In this document: one piece after another, positions 26,744 to 34,435 of the stretch
How the letters are laid out: each line of letters begins with the position of its first letter
How positions within the stretch are numbered: the first letter of the stretch is position 1
From: Granulicella sp.
GTDB taxonomy: Bacteria > Acidobacteriota > Terriglobia > Terriglobales > Acidobacteriaceae
Assembly: GCA_027339965.1 (NCBI GenBank)
Contig: DAHWNL010000057.1
Location: 1 to 34,435, forward strand
Direction: 5' to 3'
DNA: 34,435 nt
The notes under the pieces: generated by a model
The model's input: only the letters and a program-made list of their open reading frames with translations
What the model was told of the DNA's origin: nothing
Databases searched by the model: none
Program-made: the position numbers and the translations under genes

Positions 26744-27616
26744 ATGAATGGAGTTCTGATTCTGGATAAACCCGCCGGCATCACCTCGCATGACGTGGTG
26801 GCGATGGTGCGTCGGGCCACGGGTGAGCGCTCTGTGGGCCACCTGGGGACGTTGGATCCCATGGCCACGGGAGTGCTGCCGCTGCTGCTGGGCAAGTACA
26901 CTCGGCTGGCCCGGTTCTTTGGGCAAGCGGAAAAGTCCTATACCGGCGCGATCCGGTTTGGATTCGCAACGGATACTTTTGACGCCGAGGGTGAACCGTC
27001 AGGGCAGCCCCGGCCGCTCACCCTTTCGCTGGAGAAGTTGCGGGCTTTGGCGGCCGGCTTTCATGGAAAGAGAGAGCAGATGCCTCCGGTGTACTCCGCC
27101 AAGAAGATCGGGGGAGTCCCGGCATACCAGATGGCGCGCGCCGGAAAAGACGTTCCTCTAAAACCGGTGCTGATTGCCATCCAGGAGTTTGAGCTGCTGA
27201 GTTTGGCGGCTGAAACGGCCACCTTTCGTATGCGGATCTCGGCTGGAGGATATGTTCGCTCGTTGGCCCATGAACTGGGCATACTGGCCGGCTGCGGAGC
27301 GCACCTGGCCTCTCTGCGCAGGACCCAGGCCGGGGTGTTTTCGCTCAGTCAGGCAATCACGCTGGATGAGCTGAAGCGGATGACGCCTGCGGAGATTGAG
27401 ACGCGGCTGCCGCATCCACGGACGCTGCTGCCGGAGATGCCATCGGTGACGGTGGATGAACAGACCGCGGGCCGGATCCGCAACGGAATGCAAGTAAATC
27501 TGCCGGAGTTCTCCGGGGCGCCGCTGGTGAAGGTCTTTACGGCTCCCCGAGATTTGCTGGCCATCGGAAAGAGAGTTGCCGGCACCTTGGCGCAACCCAC
27601 TGTCGTGCTGAGGTAG
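26744..27616 (+). CDS. truB: tRNA pseudouridine(55) synthase
   Basis: MNGVLILDKPAGITSHDVV, GHLGTLDPMATGVL, PPVYSAKK, GGYVRSL and LRRT motifs. Confidence 0.95.
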   Translation: MNGVLILDKPAGITSHDVVAMVRRATGERSVGHLGTLDPMATGVLPLLLGKYTRLARFFGQAEKSYTGAIRFGFATDTFDAEGEPSGQPRPLTLSLEKLRALAAGFHGKREQMPPVYSAKKIGGVPAYQMARAGKDVPLKPVLIAIQEFELLSLAAETATFRMRISAGGYVRSLAHELGILAGCGAHLASLRRTQAGVFSLSQAITLDELKRMTPAEIETRLPHPRTLLPEMPSVTVDEQTAGRIRNGMQVNLPEFSGAPLVKVFTAPRDLLAIGKRVAGTLAQPTVVLR

Positions 27617-27858
27617 CGGGCATTGAAATCGAAGCGTAGCGATTGCCTGCGTGTGTTAATGCGCGCTCCATCTCGGAAGCGGCAATGATGGCTTCAGCCG
27701 CTGCGCCGCAGATCTTCGGCGCTCAGAGCCTCTTATTGAGGCGAAGCGTTGGATGAGCGGTTTTATGGGTGCGCGGGTGCTGCGGGGCGAGTAGGAGAAG
27801 GAGCGGGTGGAGCGCTGGAGACGAGGGCGGCTGTAGCGTCGAGGCGCGCCTTGCGAAG

Positions 27859-28656
27859 CTATTTGCGAAGCAGTGGACGCACAAGGACTTCAACATTCAG
27901 CGCCACCTGCCGGTCGCCCTGGGCGGTGGGGTGAATTCCGTCGTCCTGCATGTCCCCCGGGACCCCGTAGACTTTCTGCAGCAGAAAGGGAAGCAAGCGC
28001 ACGTGATATCGTCGCGCCAGAGCCGGGTAGATGGCGTCAAAGCTCCGGATGTAATCCGGCCCGTATTCAGGGGGTAAAGTGATACCGGCGAGCACAACTT
28101 GCGCTCCACCCTTTTGCAGCGTAGCGATGATGGTGGAAAGATTCGCCTCGGTCTGCTGCAAGGGAAGGCCGCGCAGACCGTCATTGCCGCCAAACTCCAC
28201 CACAACGATGGCGGGATGACGTTCCAGCACGAACTGGATGCGGTCCAGGCCGTCCTTGGTGGTGTCTCCGCTGATGCCGGCATTGATGACATGGTATCGG
28301 TAACCCTGGCCGTCCAGCAGGTGCTGCAAGTCGGCTGGGTAGGACTTCGCCGGATCAACGCCGTGGCCCGCGGTGAGAGAGTCTCCGAAGCAGACCAGCG
28401 CCGGACGCTGATCCGCGCCAGATGCTGGCGGCGACTCCGCCTGTGACAGCCTTGCGGGCATGGGGCCGCCGGAAGGCGCAGGAGAGGATCTGAAGGGAGC
28501 CGGTACGGCTTTGGACGCCGGTTTGCACCCGAAGACAAGCGTGCCGGCTGCACAAGCAGCCAAAGCGACCGCCGCGATCAGCGAAGATCCCGCGGCGGAA
28601 CTGTGGAATGCTGGCCAACTGGCGCGGGCGCGTCTCACGATCCTGATAAGTTTCAC
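27859..28656 (-). CDS. Arylesterase/acyl-CoA thioesterase I (SGNH/GDSL hydrolase, TesA-like)
   Basis: FGDSLTAG, NAGISGDTT, GGNDGLRG and DGIHP motifs; divergent from the ybbA-like gene; exact start uncertain. Confidence 0.9.
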   Translation of the reverse strand: MKLIRIVRRARASWPAFHSSAAGSSLIAAVALAACAAGTLVFGCKPASKAVPAPFRSSPAPSGGPMPARLSQAESPPASGADQRPALVCFGDSLTAGHGVDPAKSYPADLQHLLDGQGYRYHVINAGISGDTTKDGLDRIQFVLERHPAIVVVEFGGNDGLRGLPLQQTEANLSTIIATLQKGGAQVVLAGITLPPEYGPDYIRSFDAIYPALARRYHVRLLPFLLQKVYGVPGDMQDDGIHPTAQGDRQVALNVEVLVRPLLRK

Positions 28657-28878
28657 GGCCCTATTTTAATGTGGAATGCGTCCTCTCGTGCGCTCGGTCC
28701 GTCCTCTCCGGGTAGGGTAAAAGGATCGAGCGCTGCGATCCTCGCATCTGACATTGAAACTTAATCTTCGGTGGCGCTGTTGGCCCGCCGGGTATGGAGA
28801 GGTTTGGGAACCTTGGAGAGTGCCGAAGTTAGCTTGGATAGACCGCTGGGCGGGGTGAGGCCGGCTGGGGCCGTAGCC

Positions 28879-29616
28879 ATGATTGAGGTCTCCGAACTGC
28901 GCAAGTCGCTCCGAACTGGTGCGACAACCGTGGAGATTCTGCGTGGGATTGACTTGAGCGTGGCGCGTGGGGAGTTTCTAGCGATCATGGGATCCTCCGG
29001 GTCAGGGAAGTCCACGCTGCTGGGGCTGTTGGCGGGACTGGATCACCCAACCTCCGGTAGCGTGACGCTGCATGGGATGCGAATCAGCGATATGGCTGAG
29101 GACAAGCTGGCTCTGGTGCGCGGCAAAACCATCGGGTTTGTGTTTCAAAGTTATCAACTGATCCCTACCCTGACGGCTTTGGAGAATGTCTTGCTGCCTT
29201 ATGAGTTGAACGACGATCGGGGTGGCTGGCGGGCCGGCGTGGAGCGCGCCCGAACGCTGCTGGAGTCCGTGGGCTTGCGGGAGCGCGTGGACCATTATCC
29301 TGTGCAGCTTTCTGGCGGAGAGCAGCAGCGGGTGGCGCTGGCGAGAGCCTTTCTTCTGCGGCCGCCCATCGTACTGGCCGATGAGCCCACTGGAAACCTG
29401 GACTCCGCCAACGGGGCGCATGTGCTGGAGTTGCTGCTGCGCCTGAACCGTGAGGAAGGCACGACCCTGGTGCTGGTCACCCACGACCCGGCGCTGGCCG
29501 CCCACGCTGGACGAAGGATCACCCTGCGCGACGGCCGGGTGGTGAGTGACGAGATCCAGAGAGCCATGCCTCCGCAGGCCTCTGCCGGCCGGCCTGAAAC
29601 TCGGCTCGGGGAGTGA
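28879..29616 (+). CDS. ABC transporter ATP-binding protein (YbbA/LolD-like)
   Basis: Walker A GSSGSGKST, GFVFQ, LSGGEQQRVA, LADEPTGNLD and VTHD motifs; start may lie as far upstream as 28771. Confidence 0.92.
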   Translation: MIEVSELRKSLRTGATTVEILRGIDLSVARGEFLAIMGSSGSGKSTLLGLLAGLDHPTSGSVTLHGMRISDMAEDKLALVRGKTIGFVFQSYQLIPTLTALENVLLPYELNDDRGGWRAGVERARTLLESVGLRERVDHYPVQLSGGEQQRVALARAFLLRPPIVLADEPTGNLDSANGAHVLELLLRLNREEGTTLVLVTHDPALAAHAGRRITLRDGRVVSDEIQRAMPPQASAGRPETRLGE

Positions 29617-32315
29617 CGATTTCCATGGCGAAGTTGAGTTATGCGACCGCCGGCCGAATTGCGATGCGAGAGATGGGCTCCTCGCGGGGACGATTTGCCT
29701 TTGTGGTGTTCTCGGTGGCCGTCGGAGTCGCGGCGCTAACCGGGGTGAGAGGCTTTTCTTCCGCCTTCCGAGCCACGCTATTGCTGCGGGCTCGCAGCAT
29801 CATGGCAGCGGATCTCGCGGTTCGCTCTATGCTGCCGCTCACGGCCGCAGACCGAACGGGCATGGACGGGTTGCGGGCGGAGGGCAACCAGGAGACGAAG
29901 GTAACCGAGCTGCTGTCCATGGCCTCGGCGGCAGGCTCCATGAATCCTCTCCTGGTCTCGGTCAAGGCGGTCGACCCAGGGCAGTATCCGTTCTATGGAG
30001 AGGTGACGCTGGCCCCTGCCATTCCGCTGGCGCAGGCCCTGACCGACACCACGGTTGCCGTGGGCGAGGATCTACTGATGCGTCTTCATCTGAAAGTTGG
30101 AGATTGGATCAGGCTGGGCAACCACAGCTTCATGATTCGCGCTGTGGTGGAAAATGAGCCGGACCGGCTATCCGGGCTCTTCGCTGCCGGGCCGCGCGTG
30201 CTCATCTCTCAGCGGGCTCTGGCAAGCACCGGGCTGTTGACAGCAGACTCGCGGGTGACGCGCCGCTATCTGTTCAAGCTTCCTCCCGTCGGAGCCGGAG
30301 GACCGCGCTCCGATGCAGCGGTGACGAAGCTGCGCAAGCAGTTGGAAGCGCTGATGCCGGAGGCGCAGATTGCGGACTACCGCGAGGCGAATCCGGCGCT
30401 GACCAGGGCGTTGGATGGAGCCACCGGGCTTCTCTCTTTGATGAGCCTGGTGGCGCTTGTGCTGGGGGGCGTGGGAGTCGCCATGGCCATGCGCAGCCAC
30501 CTGCAGCAGAGGCTGGACTCCATCGCCATCATGAAGACGCTCGGGGCCGGCTCCCGGCAGGTGATCAAAGTCTATCTGCTCCAGACGTTGCTGCTGGGAG
30601 CTGGTGGAGGCCTGCTCGGGGTCGCATTGGGGATCGGAGTGCAGATGGCCTTTCCGCTTCTGTTGGCCAGATTGCTGAACCTGACGCCAAGCTTGCAGTT
30701 GGAGCCCCGCGCGCTCGCTTTGGGTCTCAGTGCCGGTATGCTGACCACGTTGCTCTTCACCCTTCCTCCTTTACTCGATCTCCGCAACGTGCGACCCATT
30801 CTCATCTTGCGGCGCAGCGTGGAGCCAGCGGAGGCTCCCTTGGCGGCGCGCTGGCTGGGCCGTCTGCGCAGATCCTGGGCGCAACTGGCGACCGGCCTGC
30901 TGATTGTTGCGCTGCTGGTGTTGCTGGCCACCTGGGCTTCGGACTCGCGCCGGGTGGGATGGGCGTTTGCCCTTGGTCTGCTCGGTTCTCTGCTGGCGCT
31001 GCTGGTCACCGCGGCGGTGATGCTGTGGTTGTTGCGGCAACTCCTGCGCGGAATGACTCCGGGTGGGGAGAGATCCCCGGAGGCTGGGTGGTGGCGCAGA
31101 GTGCGAGGAGTGGGCCTGCGGCTGCCTCCAGTGCTACGCCATGGTCTGGCCAACCTCCACCGCCCGGGAAACCCCTCTGCGGCGCTGCTGGCGGCCCTTG
31201 GACTGGGTGTGATGCAGATTGCAGCGGTGTACTTTGTGCAGCAGTCGATTGTGAACGAGATGAAGGTGGCGGCCGCCGGCAACCTGCCCAATCTCTTCCT
31301 GATGGATATGAGTCAGGAAGAGGTCGGGAAGGTGCGCAATCTGCTGGAGATGGAGCCCATGGTGCGTGGAGCGCCGGAGATGATCCCCGTGGTGAGCGCG
31401 CGATTGCTGGAGATCGATGGCGAGACTTGGCAGCAGAGAAGGGCAGAAGGCATCCATCCGAGACGGAGAAGGGAAGCGCCAGGACGTGGCTCGCCAACCT
31501 TGAGTCTCACCTGGCCGCTGCAGCCGGCGACGCCTCCTCCGGGCGATACGGTGGTTCAGGGTCAGTGGTGGACGGCGCAGCAGGCCAAGGACGCCGCTCG
31601 CACGCCGCGGATCGCCTTGGAGAGCCATGAAGCGAAATGGCTGCGTGTGAAGCCGGGCGACAGCATCACCTTTTCAGTAGAAGACCAGCCAATGACGGCG
31701 CAGGTGATGGCGGTCTATACCGTGGACAGCCGACATACCTTCTCGCGCGCCGGCTTTGTGCTGCCGCGCGCCTCTCTGGCGGGGCTGCCGGTGGTGTGGT
31801 ACGGCGGCGTACATTGCGACCCCAAGAACACCGCCGCTCTGCGCCAGGCGCTCTATGAGCGCTTTCCCACCGTCACCGTCATTGATGTGGCCGCCACCTT
31901 GGAGGTGATCCGCCAGGTGCTTCTCCAGGTGATCTACGTGATTCAGTTTCTGGCGGCGTTCAGCGTCTTTGCGGGTCTGGTGATTCTGGCCAGCGCTATC
32001 GCCGGTACGCGCTACCGCAGGATCCGGGAGGTGGTTGTACTCAAAAGCCTGGGAGCGACTCGCCGGCGGATTGCTGCTATCTTCTCGATCGAGTTCGCTG
32101 TGCTGGGGTTGATTGCGGGCCTGGTGGGCTTGGTCTCAGCCAATCTGCTGGCCAGATGGCTGCTGCGGCACACGCTGCACTTCGCCTATGCCTTCCAAGC
32201 CTGGGGTAACTTGGGAGCATGGCTGGCCGTGGGAGCGATGACGGTGGCAGCAGGTTGGCTGGCCAGTCATCGCGTGCTGGGGCAAACGCCGCTGGAGGTT
32301 CTGCGCGAGGAGTAG
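29613..32315 (+). CDS. ABC transporter permease, FtsX/YbbP family (two FtsX-type domains)
   Basis: AADL, KAVD...YPFYG, IAIMKTLGA, PNLFLMD, REVVVLKSLGA and PLEVLREE motifs; overlaps the ATPase stop. Confidence 0.9.
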   Translation: MTISMAKLSYATAGRIAMREMGSSRGRFAFVVFSVAVGVAALTGVRGFSSAFRATLLLRARSIMAADLAVRSMLPLTAADRTGMDGLRAEGNQETKVTELLSMASAAGSMNPLLVSVKAVDPGQYPFYGEVTLAPAIPLAQALTDTTVAVGEDLLMRLHLKVGDWIRLGNHSFMIRAVVENEPDRLSGLFAAGPRVLISQRALASTGLLTADSRVTRRYLFKLPPVGAGGPRSDAAVTKLRKQLEALMPEAQIADYREANPALTRALDGATGLLSLMSLVALVLGGVGVAMAMRSHLQQRLDSIAIMKTLGAGSRQVIKVYLLQTLLLGAGGGLLGVALGIGVQMAFPLLLARLLNLTPSLQLEPRALALGLSAGMLTTLLFTLPPLLDLRNVRPILILRRSVEPAEAPLAARWLGRLRRSWAQLATGLLIVALLVLLATWASDSRRVGWAFALGLLGSLLALLVTAAVMLWLLRQLLRGMTPGGERSPEAGWWRRVRGVGLRLPPVLRHGLANLHRPGNPSAALLAALGLGVMQIAAVYFVQQSIVNEMKVAAAGNLPNLFLMDMSQEEVGKVRNLLEMEPMVRGAPEMIPVVSARLLEIDGETWQQRRAEGIHPRRRREAPGRGSPTLSLTWPLQPATPPPGDTVVQGQWWTAQQAKDAARTPRIALESHEAKWLRVKPGDSITFSVEDQPMTAQVMAVYTVDSRHTFSRAGFVLPRASLAGLPVVWYGGVHCDPKNTAALRQALYERFPTVTVIDVAATLEVIRQVLLQVIYVIQFLAAFSVFAGLVILASAIAGTRYRRIREVVVLKSLGATRRRIAAIFSIEFAVLGLIAGLVGLVSANLLARWLLRHTLHFAYAFQAWGNLGAWLAVGAMTVAAGWLASHRVLGQTPLEVLREE

Positions 32316-32333
32316 CCCCAGGGCTGTTGCTCT

Positions 32334-33428
32334 TCAGGTGCGCTTGACGATGAAGGCCGTCTTGTCGTCGATCAGGGCTTCGTCTCCAGATTTTCGAAGG
32401 ACCTCATCCTGCTCCTGGGCGTAGTCCAGAAGGGCTTCGCAAATCTCCCGGGCGGATTGCTGGTGCTTTTGTTGCAAAATGCTCTGCAGACGTTCGCGGG
32501 CCTCGGGATCGGAGCCGTCGTAGACGCCGTCGGTGTAGAGCACAAGAATGTCACCCGGGCTCATGAGGGTGATTTCGATAATGTCATCGGATTGGATCGG
32601 CCGATCGCGCCAGCTCATGGAGAAGTAGCGGCGGCGATCGGGATGGTCGGCGGGGAGTTGCAGGCCGAGGGCAAGAAACTGTGCAACCTGGGCTTGATGT
32701 ACATCCATCACCCGTCCATACTTGGCCGAAAAGACCAGTGGGGGTGGATGTCCAAAGTTGGCAAAACGGAACTGGCCGCCGGGATGGATCTCGCCATACA
32801 GCATGGTCGCGACCTCACGCGACTGCTCTGCCTCGCTGATGCCCAGAGCGTTGCGCGCGATGACGGACTGGGCCATACGCAGATTGAGGTTCTCAAAGAG
32901 CTCGGGCGTGGTCTTGCCGTAGTGGTCCAGGTCAGAGAGCACCAGCGCGTGGAAGGTGTCATGCACCGTGGAGGCGATCTTGGCGGAGATGATGCTGTGG
33001 CCTTGGGCGTCGACGATGAGCACGCCGGCGATAGAGTAGAGATCCTCCAGATCTTCGGACACGCGAACCTGTTCGGAGCTTTTGGAAAAACGGTACTCGT
33101 TCTCCATCTCCGGCCGGTAATCGGGGCGAGATTGCAGCCACTGGATGTGGTCGTCCACGCAGTTCCGTGGCCGGAAATCGGGTCCGGCGCCGGGAGGGAA
33201 GGGTTCCAGGAACTCCTCCGCCAGGCGCTTGGCATATCGAATTCGAGCGTCGATGTCGTAGCGCTGCTGAAAGTTGATGTACTCGAAGAGATCTCCGCCG
33301 ACCGTGCCGGCGGGTATGGAGTCGCCAAACATCTCGATACCCGTAATGCGCGGGATCGCGCCTTCCACGGGCATCAGCCGCTGGCGAAGGTACTCATCGA
33401 TGCTGGGAGGGTTACGTTTCTTGGCCAT
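32334..33428 (-). CDS. Stand-alone PP2C/SpoIIE-family Ser/Thr phosphatase
   Basis: VGGDLFE, IVDAQGH, NFGHPPP, LYTDG and DDKT motifs are all intact. Confidence 0.88.
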   Translation of the reverse strand: MAKKRNPPSIDEYLRQRLMPVEGAIPRITGIEMFGDSIPAGTVGGDLFEYINFQQRYDIDARIRYAKRLAEEFLEPFPPGAGPDFRPRNCVDDHIQWLQSRPDYRPEMENEYRFSKSSEQVRVSEDLEDLYSIAGVLIVDAQGHSIISAKIASTVHDTFHALVLSDLDHYGKTTPELFENLNLRMAQSVIARNALGISEAEQSREVATMLYGEIHPGGQFRFANFGHPPPLVFSAKYGRVMDVHQAQVAQFLALGLQLPADHPDRRRYFSMSWRDRPIQSDDIIEITLMSPGDILVLYTDGVYDGSDPEARERLQSILQQKHQQSAREICEALLDYAQEQDEVLRKSGDEALIDDKTAFIVKRT

Positions 33429-33530
33429 GGGATATGCTTCAGATCTGTCTGGATCCTGTTACTTCCAGAGTAGCGTATTGTAGAGGGCGGGTCGGTGCGG
33501 AAAGCAAGACGAGGCAGTGGAGTGCCCAGG

Positions 33531-33560
33531 TTGACCCGCCGGCATATCCCCCCTTACACT
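33531..33560 (+). promoter_or_regulatory. Putative sigma70 promoter of tRNA-Gln
   Basis: TTGACC-18 bp-TACACT, about 57 bp upstream of the tRNA. Confidence 0.55.
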
Positions 33561-33617
33561 CACAAAGGCGGCTGATTATGGCTCCTGCCGAGCCTGCGGC
33601 TGCCGTGCATCCTGTAT

Positions 33618-33691
33618 TGCCCTCTCGTTCAATGGTAGGACTAGCGACTCTGACTCGCTCAATCGGGGTTCGAATCCCTGGGGGGCAACCA
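33618..33691 (+). tRNA. tRNA-Gln (CTG)
   Basis: TGCCCTCTCGTTCAATGGTAGGACTAGCGACT-CTG-ACTCGCTCAATCGGGGTTCGAATCCCTGGGGGGCAACCA; 74-nt cloverleaf with CCA. Confidence 0.96.
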
Positions 33692-34309
33692 ACCGCTCTG
33701 GTTGCAGGTACTAAGTGGAAGGGTCACCGTAATCGCACGCTTTGGCGTCTCCTCCAACCCTCCGAACCAGCCCTCCGCCACCTGTTGCTCACGGCAGGTT
33801 CTGTCCAGGCTCACCACCTTCACAGCCTGCGCGTCCTCAAAATCCGCCTCGTCAGGATCGTTGAACGCCAGATGCCCATTCTCCCCAATCCCCAGCAGGC
33901 AAAGCTGCGGCTTTGCCTCCCGCAGCGCCTCCGCATAGCGCCGGCAAACCTCTTCCGGTTCCCTGGCGCTCCCATCGATCTCCAAAAAACTCCTCATCTT
34001 CGTATGCGCTCTCAGATTGTCGCGCAGATAGCGCCGGAATGAAGCCGGATGGCCCGCATCCCGCCCGATATATTCGTCCAGATGAAATCCGCTGACCTTG
34101 TTCCAAGGGACATCCGGCTCCGCCACCAGCGCGCGCAACACCTGCAGCTGAGAGGCGCCTGTCGCAAACATCACCTGCAAAACGTCCTGCTTTTCGCTCA
34201 GTTCCCGCATCGCCTTGGCCGCCGCCGCTGCCGCTGCGCGGCTGGCCGCTTCGCTATCCGGATAAACTTCAACGTGCAACGCGTCTGCCTGGAACTCGTG
34301 GATCTCCAT
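33659..34309 (-). pseudogene. Glucosamine-6-phosphate deaminase (NagB)/6-phosphogluconolactonase family, C-terminally truncated
   Basis: FATGASQ, FHLDEY, HPASFRRYL, LGIGENGHLAFNDP and AITVTLP motifs. Family-like sequence ends near 33716; the frame then reads through antisense tRNA-Gln to TGA at 33661-33659. Confidence 0.78.
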
Positions 34310-34435
34310 ATCCCTGTCTCCCATCACTCTCGTGTGCCGATACAGCGCAGTTCACGCCCGCAAGCGTCCCGAATCAGGGACCGCAGCCGCTTACCCCAAC
34401 CATCACCTATCCGGCCCATCTCCATGCTTGCACTC

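Overview
GC-rich bacterial chromosomal window. The gene repertoire resembles Acidobacteriaceae (inference, not a database result). Left to right: 5' part of a TonB-dependent receptor with a decayed Phd/YefM antitoxin gene upstream, a REP-like hairpin, tricorn (S41) protease, cydAB, Tat-exported gamma-glutamyltransferase, a decayed SpoIIE/PP2C gene, ExuT-like MFS transporter, ackA, phosphoketolase and an M61 aminopeptidase. Next is a three-gene periplasmic thiosulfate-related operon (Tat DsrE/Tsd-like protein, orphan ModA-like binding protein, TsdA-type diheme cytochrome c) just downstream of tRNA-Arg(ACG). Then come a small hypothetical gene, TlpA, GT2, two tandem PTPS genes, folE, truB, tesA-like/ybbA-like/ybbP-like genes, a stand-alone PP2C, tRNA-Gln(CTG) and a C-terminally truncated NagB-family gene that runs into that tRNA. 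The best candidate for an undescribed system is the thiosulfate operon (19377-21873). Also notable are the split Cx5HGH PTPS pair with folE and GT2, the antitoxin relic in frame with the TonB receptor, and the rearrangement scar at tRNA-Gln.
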